A DNA stretch of 64,000 nt, taken from NCBI GenBank assembly GCA_036404515.1, contig DASWZK010000071.1, positions 10,704 to 74,703 of the forward strand, given 5' to 3'. Position 1 is the stretch's first letter. Each line of letters starts with the position of its first letter. Positions 17,905 through 27,034 of the stretch are shown piece by piece. The notes under the pieces are model-generated. The model searched no databases and was not told the origin of the DNA. It saw nothing but the letters and a program-made list of their open reading frames with translations. The position numbers were made by a program, and so were the translations under genes. The DNA comes from Candidatus Limnocylindrales bacterium (GTDB lineage: Bacteria > Chloroflexota > Limnocylindria > Limnocylindrales > CSP1-4).

Positions 17905-19680
17905 ATGACGCGCCGAGCCGGTGATGGAGCCGGGCTGCTGGCAGCCTTTCGGGCTGCCGTCGACAACCTCGCCGCTCATGTGGACGAGATCAACGCGCTC
18001 AACGTCTTCCCCGTTCCAGATGGCGATACCGGCAGCAACATGCTGGCCACGGTCAAAGCGGCCCTGGCTGAGGCCGAGGCTGCTTCCGATCCGACGGCCG
18101 ATCGAGTGGCCCAGGCCATTAGCTTCGGTGCGTTGATGGGCGCCCGGGGCAACTCGGGCGTGATCGCCTCCCAGATCTTCCGCGGCATGGCCGAGGGGCT
18201 TGGCGGCAAGCACCGCTTCACCGGCCCCGACCTGGCACACGCGCTGACCCAGGGGACTGCGACGGCGTACAAGGCCGTGGTCAAACCAGTCGAGGGCACG
18301 ATCCTGACCGTCGTTCGCGAGTCGGCGGCAGTGGCGGTGGAGGCGGCGGAGGCCGGCGGCGACCTTGAAGACGTCCTGACGGCCGCGGTGGATGGCGCTC
18401 GCGAAGCCGTGTTGAAGACGCCGTCAATGCTGCCGGTCCTGCGCGACGCGGGCGTCGTCGATGCCGGGGGAGAGGGTCTCTACCGGCTCCTGCAGGGCGC
18501 GTTGCAGTACCTCGCCTCGCGGACCGCGGAACCGAAATCGACGGCCTCCCTGGCGACGCGGCGAGGTTCCACGCGTGTCCCTTACGCAGACGAGGGATTC
18601 GGCTACGAGACCATGTTCCTGCTGCAGTCGCGCGACGGCCCGATAGATATCGATGGGCTGCGCCAGGAACTGGAGAAGATCGGCGAGTCGGTCCTCGTCG
18701 CCGGGGACTCGGGGGCGGTCAAAGTCCATGTCCACAACGAGCGGCCGGACAGCGTGATCACCCTCGGGCTGTCGATGGGCTCGGTGACCCGAATCACGGT
18801 CGAGAATCTGGACGCCCAGTCGCACGAGGTTCGTGAGAAGCGGGCTGCCCTGATCGCCGGGACCCCAATCGAATGGCACCATCGCGGCGTGCGCCATGAA
18901 GGTCGGCCGCACGTTGACCTCGATACCTACGGTGCCGAGGTCGAGGTCGACGACGCCGGCGTGGGATCCAATGGTTCGTCGGGCTCGAAGGGGTTGGACA
19001 CGGTGCCGCCACTGGCCGAGACGATTCCGCTGGCCGTGGTCGCCGTCGCCGCCGGCGATGGACTGGCCCGGATCTTCGACTCTTACGGCGTAGCCGCGGT
19101 CGTGCGCGGAGGGCAGAGCAACAACCCGTCGACCGGCGAGCTGCTCGACGCGGTGGAGAAGATCCGTGCCGACGAGGTATTGCTCCTGCCCAACAACCCG
19201 AACGTCGTCCTGGCGGCGCGGCAGGCGGCAGAGATGACGACGCGACTCGTCCGGGTGGTGCCGACCCGGAACGCGGCCGAGGGCTTCGCGGCGCTCCTGG
19301 CGCTCGATCCCGAGCGCGACGCCACCGCCAATGCGGAGGTCATGACCCTGGCCGGGAGAGCCGTGCAGACCCTGCAGGTCACCGAAGCCGTTCGCGATGC
19401 CAGGATCGGCGGCAGGAAGGTGAAGAAGGGCCAGACCATCGTTCTGGATCCAGACGACGGCCTGCTGGCCGCGAGCAACGATCGAATGAAGGCAGTGCTG
19501 GCAGCGCTGGAGGCCCTGGAGCCGGGGTTCGAGTTGATAACCCTCTACTATGGCGATGGTGCGGACCTGGCCGAGGCAGAAGCCGTGGCCCGTCGATTGG
19601 GGGCGTGGCGCGCTGGAGTGGAGGTTGAGGTAATCCACGGCGGGCAGCCCCACTACCGGTATCTGATCGCGGCCGAGTAG
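17905..19680 (+). CDS. DAK2-domain protein (YloV / fatty-acid kinase FakA-like)
   Basis: INALNVFPVPDGDTGSNM and GARGNSGVI are Dak2 phosphate-binding motifs. The C-terminal domain has VPTRNAAEG. Confidence 0.85.
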   Translation: MTRRAGDGAGLLAAFRAAVDNLAAHVDEINALNVFPVPDGDTGSNMLATVKAALAEAEAASDPTADRVAQAISFGALMGARGNSGVIASQIFRGMAEGLGGKHRFTGPDLAHALTQGTATAYKAVVKPVEGTILTVVRESAAVAVEAAEAGGDLEDVLTAAVDGAREAVLKTPSMLPVLRDAGVVDAGGEGLYRLLQGALQYLASRTAEPKSTASLATRRGSTRVPYADEGFGYETMFLLQSRDGPIDIDGLRQELEKIGESVLVAGDSGAVKVHVHNERPDSVITLGLSMGSVTRITVENLDAQSHEVREKRAALIAGTPIEWHHRGVRHEGRPHVDLDTYGAEVEVDDAGVGSNGSSGSKGLDTVPPLAETIPLAVVAVAAGDGLARIFDSYGVAAVVRGGQSNNPSTGELLDAVEKIRADEVLLLPNNPNVVLAARQAAEMTTRLVRVVPTRNAAEGFAALLALDPERDATANAEVMTLAGRAVQTLQVTEAVRDARIGGRKVKKGQTIVLDPDDGLLAASNDRMKAVLAALEALEPGFELITLYYGDGADLAEAEAVARRLGAWRAGVEVEVIHGGQPHYRYLIAAE

Positions 19681-19684
19681 CAAA

Positions 19685-22141
19685 GTGGCCGCGCGGGGAT
19701 ACGGTGGTTCGGCGGCACGGGGGCGTGGCCAGGGGAACGGAAGCGGCGCCGCCGGAGCGCGTGGAAGTTCGACGCGGAGTGGCGCCGCACGCGGTCGCCC
19801 GGCTACAGCTGTGGCGGCGCGACGGCCGGTCGGGCCGATCGGCCCCGACACGCCAATCGGCGCCAGCGGCGTTGCCGGTGCGACGGTCCTGCGACGCGTC
19901 GGCGGGCGCCTCGGAATCCGAACCGTCCGCGACCTGCTATTCCATCTGCCGCGCCGCTACGACGACCTCCGTGAACTGAGCACGGCCCGCGACCTCGCCT
20001 GGATCGGCGACGGCGAGCCCGCGAGCGCCCGCCTGCAGGTGCGTGCCGTTCGCCTCGAGTCGACCTTTCGACGGCGCGTCCAGCGGACGACCGCCTACAT
20101 GGGAGACGACACGGGCGAGGTGGAGGCGACGTGGTTCGGGCGCCGCTTCATCGAGCACAGGCTCCATGAGGGCGCGTGGATCGTGATCAGCGGCAAGGTT
20201 CGACGGCGCGGGTTTACGACCGTATTCGAGAACGCGGAGTTCCAGGCCGACGACGGGTCTGCGCTTCTGCACGCGGGTCGAATCGTACCGGTCTATCGGC
20301 TGACGGCTGGCCTGACGGCGACCACTCTCAGGCGGGCGATCCGGCAGGCTCTCGACGCCATCGGGTCTACGTATCCGGAGTACCTGCCGGCAGAGGTGTC
20401 GGCCGCGGTGGGGGAGGCGCTCGCCGGCACGTCGAAGGCTGGCGCCGCGGACGCTGTGCCACTCCCCATGCCCATCGCCACGGCCCTCGAGAACGCGCAC
20501 TACCCGGAGACGTTCGCGGCAAGGGACGCAGCCCTGAGCCGGTTGGGCTTCGACGAGCTGCTTGCCCTGCAGGTCGGCATGGTGGCCCGCGACCACGGAA
20601 GACGGCTCGCCCTCGGGGAACCCGTGGACGTGCCGCCCGGGACGGTCAGCCGCGCCGTCGGCGCCGTTGAGGCCGCCCTGACCGAGCAGATTCGAGCCCG
20701 GTCTGGTGGCGGCGAGGCCGCCCGCCTGACCGCTGATCAGGCTGCGGCGGTTGCCGCGATTGCCGCCGACCTGGGCCGGCCGCGACCGATGATGAGACTT
20801 CTTCAGGGGGACGTCGGGTCCGGGAAGACAGCGGTTGCGGCTCTGGCTCTCGCTTTCGTGGCGGAAGCCGGCCGCCAGGGTGCGCTCCTCGCGCCCACCG
20901 ACTTGCTGGCCCGTCAGCACGCTGCCGTGCTGCGCAAGCTGCTGGAGCCGCTCGGCCATGGCGTTACCCTGCTCACAGGCACGCTACCGGCGGCCGAGCG
21001 GCGCGCGGCACAGGAGCAGCTGGCCTCACCTGCGGCCAGGGACGGCCTGCTCGGCGTCACGGACGGCCGCATCGTCGTCGGCACGCATGCCCTTGTTCAG
21101 GAATCGGTCCAGTTCGCCGACCTCGCCCTGGCGGTGGTCGACGAGCAGCATCGCTTCGGGGTCGCCCAGCGCGAGGCCCTCGGCGCGAAGGGCCGGTCTC
21201 CGCACGTGCTGCTCATGACCGCGACACCTATCCCACGAACACTCGGTCAGATCCTACTCGCGGATCTCGACGTTTCCGACCTGCATGCGCTGCCGGCCGG
21301 GCGGTTGACGGTCAAGACCGGCATCAGGCGAACCGACGACCTCCTCGGAGCCGCAGAGGATCCAGCCCGCGGGGCCTACCCGCTCATCGTGCGCGAGGTC
21401 CGGGCCGGTCGCCGAGCCTTTGTTGTCGTGCCGCTGGTCGAGGAGGACGAGGAGACGGCCGCTCGCTCCGCCGATGAAATGGCCGTGGCGCTCCCCCGGC
21501 AACTGGCCGACGCCACCGCTCGCATGGGGCTTCCGGCCGAACCGGCGGCCCGGGTCGGCGTCGTACACGGCCAGATGAAGGCACTCGAGCGCGACGTGAG
21601 GATGGACCTCTTCCGGCGCGGCGAGCTCGACGTGCTGGTCGGCACAACGGTGCTCGAAGTTGGCGTGGACGTGCCCGAAGCGACGGTCATGGTCATCCTC
21701 GATGCAGACCGCTTCGGTCTGGCCCAGCTCCACCAGCTTCGCGGTCGAGTTGGGCGGGGCGAGGCGCAGTCGTACTGCGTCCTCGTTTCCGATTCGACCG
21801 ACGCCACGGCCAGAGCCCGGTTGGAGGCCCTGGCGTCAAATACGGATGGGTTCGAGCTGGCCGAGCTGGACCTGGAGCTCCGGCGGGAAGGAGAGCTGCT
21901 TGGGCTGCACCAGAGCGGCCTGCCGACGCTGCGAATCGCGTCCCTTCGAGACAGGGGCGACCGCGAAAGAGCCGCACAGGCCCGACGGATCGCTGAGCTG
22001 CTCGTGGACGACTCCGGGGCCCTGAGGCCCGGCAACGAAGCCTTTGCGGTGGAGTTGCGCGACGGCTGGCTGGCCCGCGTGGGGGCGGGCGAGGTTCTGG
22101 CAGACGTCCCAGCCGAGATCCGCGGTCGGCCCGATGAGTGA
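19685..22141 (+). CDS. recG: ATP-dependent DNA helicase RecG
   Basis: GDVGSGKT, DEQHRFG, MTATPIPRT and QLRGRVGRG motifs. The first ~60 aa are Gly/Ala/Arg low complexity, so the start is uncertain. Confidence 0.9.
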   Translation: MAARGYGGSAARGRGQGNGSGAAGARGSSTRSGAARGRPATAVAARRPVGPIGPDTPIGASGVAGATVLRRVGGRLGIRTVRDLLFHLPRRYDDLRELSTARDLAWIGDGEPASARLQVRAVRLESTFRRRVQRTTAYMGDDTGEVEATWFGRRFIEHRLHEGAWIVISGKVRRRGFTTVFENAEFQADDGSALLHAGRIVPVYRLTAGLTATTLRRAIRQALDAIGSTYPEYLPAEVSAAVGEALAGTSKAGAADAVPLPMPIATALENAHYPETFAARDAALSRLGFDELLALQVGMVARDHGRRLALGEPVDVPPGTVSRAVGAVEAALTEQIRARSGGGEAARLTADQAAAVAAIAADLGRPRPMMRLLQGDVGSGKTAVAALALAFVAEAGRQGALLAPTDLLARQHAAVLRKLLEPLGHGVTLLTGTLPAAERRAAQEQLASPAARDGLLGVTDGRIVVGTHALVQESVQFADLALAVVDEQHRFGVAQREALGAKGRSPHVLLMTATPIPRTLGQILLADLDVSDLHALPAGRLTVKTGIRRTDDLLGAAEDPARGAYPLIVREVRAGRRAFVVVPLVEEDEETAARSADEMAVALPRQLADATARMGLPAEPAARVGVVHGQMKALERDVRMDLFRRGELDVLVGTTVLEVGVDVPEATVMVILDADRFGLAQLHQLRGRVGRGEAQSYCVLVSDSTDATARARLEALASNTDGFELAELDLELRREGELLGLHQSGLPTLRIASLRDRGDRERAAQARRIAELLVDDSGALRPGNEAFAVELRDGWLARVGAGEVLADVPAEIRGRPDE

Positions 22142-22784
22142 TGCCGGCCGAGTCATTGCCGGCTCGGCAAGAGGAACGCACCTGCGGGCGCCGGGCGTCG
22201 GCACGCGGCCACTGGGGGATCGTGTAAAGCAGACGCTGTTCGCGATCCTCGAGCCGCATCTCGCCGGCGCAAACGTTCTGGATCTATTCGCGGGTTCGGG
22301 CGCAGGCGGCATCGAGGCCCTTTCGCGCGGGGCGGCGCGCGCAACGTTTGTCGAACGCGACGAGATCGCCGCGCGGGTGATCCTGGAGAACCTGGCCGGC
22401 AGCCGCCTCGCCGGCCGTGGGCACGTTGCCCGCGCCGATGTCCTGGCCTACCTTCAGAGCCGGGCTGCACCGGACGGGCCGTTCGACCTCGTCCTCCTCG
22501 ACCCCCCATACGCCGAGCCCGGCCTCATGGACGCCGCGCTCGCCCGCCTGGGGGCCGCCGACCCGCCTCTGGTGACGCCTGCGGTCTGGGTTGTCGCCAA
22601 GCACTTCTGGCGGACTCCTCCACGGGCCGTCGTCGGGCTGCTAGCATCCGTGAGAACCCGTCGTTTCGGGGAAACCACCCTCACGTTCTACAGGCCGGCG
22701 AGCGGGCTGGTCCGGGGCGCCGGGCTGGCCGACAGAGTCACGTCGGGCCGAACTAACGGCGAGCCTGAGGAGGCAACCAGGTGA
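22134..22784 (+). CDS. rsmD: 16S rRNA (guanine966-N2)-methyltransferase
   Basis: DLFAGSGAGGIEALSRGA SAM motif and the DPPY motif. ATG 22134 overlaps the recG stop (ATGAGTGA). Confidence 0.85.
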   Translation: MSDAGRVIAGSARGTHLRAPGVGTRPLGDRVKQTLFAILEPHLAGANVLDLFAGSGAGGIEALSRGAARATFVERDEIAARVILENLAGSRLAGRGHVARADVLAYLQSRAAPDGPFDLVLLDPPYAEPGLMDAALARLGAADPPLVTPAVWVVAKHFWRTPPRAVVGLLASVRTRRFGETTLTFYRPASGLVRGAGLADRVTSGRTNGEPEEATR

Positions 22785-23284
22785 AGATAGCCGTCTACGC
22801 TGGCTCTTTCGACCCGATTACCTACGGCCATCTCGATGTCGTATCTCGGGCCTCGGCAGTGTTCGACCGCATCGCACTCGCCGTCCTCGGCAATCCTCAC
22901 AAGGCGGCGCCCATCTTCCCGACCGATGACCGCCTCAAGGTCATCCGCGAGGCGGTCGATGAGTTTTGTCTACCCGACGTGGCGACCCGCATCGAGGTCG
23001 AGTCGTTCGACGGCCTGACGGTCGACTTCTGTCGCCGCCGGAAGGCGACCTTCATCGTTCGAGGACTGCGTGCCATCTCAGATTTCGAGTCGGAGCTGCA
23101 GATGGCCCACACGAATCGAAAGCTCGCTCCCGAGATCGACACCGTATTCTTTATGACGGCACTGGAGCACAGTTATCTGAGCTCGAGTTTGGTCAAGGAG
23201 ATCGCAGCCTTTGGCGGCGATGTGACTCAGATGGTGCCACCGTCCGTTGTGAGGCACCTGGCGGGGCGGAGCCGAGGTCTATAA
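22781..23284 (+). CDS. coaD: Phosphopantetheine adenylyltransferase
   Basis: AVYAGSFDPITYGHLD and ISDFESELQMAHTNR motifs. GTGA overlap with rsmD. Confidence 0.9.
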   Translation: MKIAVYAGSFDPITYGHLDVVSRASAVFDRIALAVLGNPHKAAPIFPTDDRLKVIREAVDEFCLPDVATRIEVESFDGLTVDFCRRRKATFIVRGLRAISDFESELQMAHTNRKLAPEIDTVFFMTALEHSYLSSSLVKEIAAFGGDVTQMVPPSVVRHLAGRSRGL

Positions 23285-23345
23285 TCGAGCCCGACCGGCA
23301 GCCCTTGCTATCTGCCCATGGAGGGCCCGACCGATAGACATCATC

Positions 23346-23891
23346 GTGCTCGTCGAGCGCCTGGAGGCGCTCGTGGCGAACGGCAGGAAGTTCCCGTTCA
23401 GCAACAACGTGATCATCGATCGGGCTGAGGCCCTCGAGTGGATCGACCAGCTGCGGGTGACCATCCCTGAAGAGGTGAAGTCCGCCCGCCGCGTCACCAA
23501 CGAGGTTGAGCGGCTGTTGGAGCAGGCTCGCGAGGAGGCCGAGCAGATTCTGGCCCGGGCTCAGGAACAGGCCACGTATCTCATCGAGGAGCGAGAGCTG
23601 ACTCGCCAGGCCGATGAGCTCAGCCATGAGATCGTGCGCCAGGCACAGCTCGAGGGCGACGAAATCCGACGCGGTGCCGATGACTACGCATCCGAAGTTC
23701 TGGCGGGGCTCGAGGCTGAGGTGGCGCGGACTCTCAAGACCATCAAGCACGGCCTTGAGTTGCTGGACGACCGGCGCTCATCGGCTGCTGCTGCCGCTTC
23801 CGTGGCTGAGGTGGCGGTCATGGAAAACGACGGCCATGAAGACCTCGATGAATACCCCGAATCGGACGCAGGGCAACCTGTCAGCGGCTGA
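23346..23891 (+). CDS. Hypothetical coiled-coil protein with acidic C-terminus
   Basis: 181-aa ORF with GC3-rich codon usage like its neighbours. It has heptad-like E/R/A/L-rich sequence (EVERLLEQAREEAEQILARAQEQATYLIEERELTRQADE). I do not recognise a family. Confidence 0.45.
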   Translation: MLVERLEALVANGRKFPFSNNVIIDRAEALEWIDQLRVTIPEEVKSARRVTNEVERLLEQAREEAEQILARAQEQATYLIEERELTRQADELSHEIVRQAQLEGDEIRRGADDYASEVLAGLEAEVARTLKTIKHGLELLDDRRSSAAAAASVAEVAVMENDGHEDLDEYPESDAGQPVSG

Positions 23892-24429
23892 AGCACTCAC
23901 GTTCAACGTCACGGGACTCCTGGCCCAACCCGCCGGGTCGATTCGGACCGTGTCCGTCTCCGGCCCGCCGCTCGACCTTGGGCCGGACCTGAGACAGAGC
24001 ATCGGCGTCGAGGGCGATCTTCGGCTCACCCGGACCAACCGAGGCCTTTTGCTGCACGGCCGGCTTCACACCGCAATCGAGCAGACCTGCAGTCGGTGTC
24101 TGCGAGAGATCGAACTGCCGGTCGAGATCGAGCTCGACGAGGAGGCCCTGCCGAGCATCGACTTCAGCAGCGGTCTACCGGTCGAGACTACCAACGAGCC
24201 CGACGCGCTGCGCCTCACCGACCACCACGAGCTGGACCTCGAGGGCGAGGTTCGTGACGCGATCGTACTGGCTGAACCGATCGCTGCGCTGTGTCGGGAT
24301 GATTGCCCCGGTCTTTGCATCGTCTGCGGCGGGGAACTGGCCAGCGGTCGGCACGACCACCCCGACGTGGAGATAGACCCTCGCCTGGAGATCCTGCGCG
24401 GTTTCGCGGACGAGCCCGGTGCCGACTGA
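23848..24429 (+). CDS. DUF177 (YceD/YlbN) family protein
   Basis: CSRCLREIELPVEIELDEE and CRDDCPGLCIVCGGEL motifs. It lies immediately upstream of rpmF, as in most bacteria. ATG 23848 is the first plausible start and overlaps the preceding ORF by 44 nt. Confidence 0.75.
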   Translation: MNTPNRTQGNLSAAEALTFNVTGLLAQPAGSIRTVSVSGPPLDLGPDLRQSIGVEGDLRLTRTNRGLLLHGRLHTAIEQTCSRCLREIELPVEIELDEEALPSIDFSSGLPVETTNEPDALRLTDHHELDLEGEVRDAIVLAEPIAALCRDDCPGLCIVCGGELASGRHDHPDVEIDPRLEILRGFADEPGAD

Positions 24430-24627
24430 TCGCCCGACGTCGAGGCGGTAGCCGAGGACATAGGTCTGCGCGGTGACAGAGAGCCGGGGAACCGCTAAAC
24501 TCCCGGCTCGGCCCCATGGTGCAGGGTATGATTCGACCTACCCGGTCACGGATCGGATAACCGCGCCCCGGCGCCTTCCCGGCTGAGCATCTGGGCCCGC
24601 GCCGGAGCGAAAGGAGTAACCACTTCA

Positions 24628-24828
24628 ATGGGTGTTCCCAAGAGGAAAGTCTCACACGCCCGACAGGGTGATCGTCGCGCCCACCACGCGATGACGGTCC
24701 CGCACCTGGAGCCGTGCCCACACTGCCACCAGCCCAAGCAGGTTCATCACGCCTGCCCGGTTTGCGGCTACTACGCCGGCCGGCCCACGGTCGAGATCAA
24801 GCAGGAAAAGCCACAGCAGACGGCCTGA
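24628..24828 (+). CDS. rpmF: 50S ribosomal protein L32
   Basis: MGVPKRKVSHARQGDRRAHH plus a CxxC...CxxC zinc ribbon (CPHCHQPKQVHHACPVCGYY). AAAGGAG lies upstream. Confidence 0.9.
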   Translation: MGVPKRKVSHARQGDRRAHHAMTVPHLEPCPHCHQPKQVHHACPVCGYYAGRPTVEIKQEKPQQTA

Positions 24829-24832
24829 AACC

Positions 24833-25888
24833 GTGGACCTTACGACGGTTCGGACGGTCAGTGAGGGCTCTGTCCGAGTTGCCGTCGATGCGATGGGCGG
24901 CGATCACGCTCCTCTGGAAGTGGTCGCCGGCACGCTGTCCTGGGCACGCGCCCATCCGTCCGACACGGTGCTGCTCGTCGGCATCCCCGAGCGGATCAGG
25001 GGGGTCGCCGGCGAACCCATCCCCCCGAATGTCGAGATCGTGGCGGCAAGCCAGGTCGTTGAAATGGACGAGTCGCCTGCGCTGGCCCTCAAGGCCAAGA
25101 AGGATTCGTCGATCATGGTCGCGATGGACCTGATCAATCAAGGTCGGGCCGACGTGCTCGTGACTGCCGGGCATAGCGGCGCCGGAATGGCCGCGGCCGT
25201 CGTCAAGCTCGGCCGACTTCCAGGCGTGGATCGACCGGCCCTGGCGGTCCAGATGGTCACCGAGACGGGCCCGTTCGTCCTGCTCGATATTGGCGCGAAC
25301 ATGGACTCGAGCGGAAACAACCTGTACCAGTTCGCCCACATGGGCTCGCTGTACGCGGAGCGGGTTCTGGGCGTCGACAAACCGCGAATCGCGTTGCTCT
25401 CGATAGGGGAGGAGAAGGGCAAGGGCGACCAGGCCATCCAGCAGGCAACTCAGATGCTCGACCAGGATGGCAGCCTCAACTTCATCGGCAACGTCGAGGG
25501 TCGCGACCTCGTCAAGCACATGGCCGACGTCGTCGTCTGCGATGCCGTGGTCGGCAACGTGACGATGAAGTTCTTCGAGGGGCTGGCGGGGTTCATCTTC
25601 AACCTGTGGCGCAAGGAGTTCGAGCGAGGCATGCGCGGCAAGCTCGCCTACGTCTTAATGCGCCCGGCGATCGGCCGCATCCGCAGGCTCTTCGACTACG
25701 AAAAGATGGGTGCCTCGCCGCTGCTTGGAGTCAACGGCATGGTGCTGATCACACACGGTTCGGCGGAGCGGCGCATGATCGAGTTCGCGGTAGAGGCCGG
25801 TGCGGGGGCGGCCCGTGCCCACATTCCCGATCTCATCGCCGACGCGTTCCGCGGCCGGCCTCGTCACACCGAGCAGAAGGCGCAGTGA
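24833..25888 (+). CDS. plsX: Phosphate acyltransferase PlsX
   Basis: VAVDAMGGDHAP, VTAGHSGA and LLGVNGMVLITHGSA motifs. Confidence 0.9.
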   Translation: MDLTTVRTVSEGSVRVAVDAMGGDHAPLEVVAGTLSWARAHPSDTVLLVGIPERIRGVAGEPIPPNVEIVAASQVVEMDESPALALKAKKDSSIMVAMDLINQGRADVLVTAGHSGAGMAAAVVKLGRLPGVDRPALAVQMVTETGPFVLLDIGANMDSSGNNLYQFAHMGSLYAERVLGVDKPRIALLSIGEEKGKGDQAIQQATQMLDQDGSLNFIGNVEGRDLVKHMADVVVCDAVVGNVTMKFFEGLAGFIFNLWRKEFERGMRGKLAYVLMRPAIGRIRRLFDYEKMGASPLLGVNGMVLITHGSAERRMIEFAVEAGAGAARAHIPDLIADAFRGRPRHTEQKAQ

Positions 25889-25892
25889 TCCG

Positions 25893-26246
25893 ATGAACAT
25901 CTCGCCGGCCGCGCAGTCGGCCTCAGGTCGGAAGCCCGACCCGCTCACCGTAAGCCACTCCGTCATCGTCGAGATGGTGCGGCTTGCCGCGCTCGAAGTT
26001 CCGGGCGTGCTCAAGGTCAGCCACGGCGGGCCGCTGGCCTGGCTCGCCGGCTCGCCCGTGCGGGCCCAGGTCGGCGATGGCCGGGTTTCGGTACGCGTCT
26101 GGGTGGTTGCCCGGCCCGGTCACGCCATCCAGCCGATCGCGGCTCAGATCCGGCAGGCCGTCGCTGCCACCGTGGAGCGGTTGCTCGGCCTCGAACTGGG
26201 CGAGGTCACAGTCGTCGTCGATGGGGTGGGGGGCTGGGGCAAGTGA
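25893..26246 (+). CDS. Asp23/Gls24-family protein (YqhY-like), second paralog
   Basis: [19 protein letters not shown] is an Asp23-type N-terminus. It sits directly upstream of nusB, as yqhY-nusB does in Bacillus. I took the start at ATG 25893, after the plsX stop. Confidence 0.7.
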   Translation: MNISPAAQSASGRKPDPLTVSHSVIVEMVRLAALEVPGVLKVSHGGPLAWLAGSPVRAQVGDGRVSVRVWVVARPGHAIQPIAAQIRQAVAATVERLLGLELGEVTVVVDGVGGWGK

Positions 26247-27019
26247 CCCCAGCCGCGAGCTACGCGGGATCGGGCGCACGCCGCGGCCGCGGCAATTCGG
26301 ATGAGGTCAGCTCTCACCGTCTCGGCCGTCGCCTGGCGCTCGCAGCGCTGTTCGAGGCTGAGTTCGGCCAGCGGACCGCGGCCGCGGTCCTGGAGCGACA
26401 TCTGGCCGAAAGCGGGGCCGATGCAGCGACGTCGGACTTCGCCCGCGGGCTCGTCTCTGCCGTCATTGAAGACCGTGAGCAAATCGACGCCGACATCGAG
26501 AGGCTGGCCCCGCAATACCCCGTCGTCCAGCTCGCCCGCATGGACCGGAGTCTGCTGCGTAGCGGCATCGGCGAGGTGCTACACTCCGGCACGCCGTCCC
26601 GGGTGGCGATGGCCGAATGGGTCGAGCTGGCTCGCACATACAGCGGCGAACCTGCCCGGCGTCTGGTCAACGGTGTACTCGGGAGAATTGCTCGCGACTC
26701 TGAAGCCGGTGCGCACCGCGCCCCGGACCCAGGGTCGCGGCAGCCGTCAATCGCAAGCCAAGGAACCCCGAGGAGGGCGTCAGTGGCCACTACCTACGAG
26801 CGACTCAAGAAGATCGTCGTCGAGCAGCTCGGCGTCGACGAGGATGAGGTCAAGCCCGAAGCCTCGTTCGTTGACGATCTGAACGCCGATTCGCTGGACC
26901 TCGTCGAGCTGATCATGAGCCTCGAGGAAGAGTTCGGCACGGAGATCTCCGACGAGGATGCTGAGAAGATCCGGACCGTGCAGGACGCCGTCGACTACAT
27001 CGATGAACACGCGGCCTAG
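26243..27019 (+). CDS. nusB: NusB antitermination factor ORF that continues in frame, without a stop codon, through the acyl carrier protein sequence (NusB-ACP fusion reading frame)
   Basis: aa ~25-152 are NusB-like ([51 protein letters not shown]). A linker of about 28 aa follows, then a complete ACP. There is no stop anywhere in 26243..27016. Confidence 0.7.
   Translation: MTPAASYAGSGARRGRGNSDEVSSHRLGRRLALAALFEAEFGQRTAAAVLERHLAESGADAATSDFARGLVSAVIEDREQIDADIERLAPQYPVVQLARMDRSLLRSGIGEVLHSGTPSRVAMAEWVELARTYSGEPARRLVNGVLGRIARDSEAGAHRAPDPGSRQPSIASQGTPRRASVATTYERLKKIVVEQLGVDEDEVKPEASFVDDLNADSLDLVELIMSLEEEFGTEISDEDAEKIRTVQDAVDYIDEHAA
26783..27019 (+). CDS. acpP: Acyl carrier protein (internal start inside the nusB reading frame)
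   Basis: [49 protein letters not shown] carries the DSLD phosphopantetheine-attachment motif. GTG 26783 is preceded by GAGGAGG (26770-26776) at 6-nt spacing. Confidence 0.8.
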   Translation: MATTYERLKKIVVEQLGVDEDEVKPEASFVDDLNADSLDLVELIMSLEEEFGTEISDEDAEKIRTVQDAVDYIDEHAA

Positions 27020-27034
27020 TTCGCAACTCGACTG

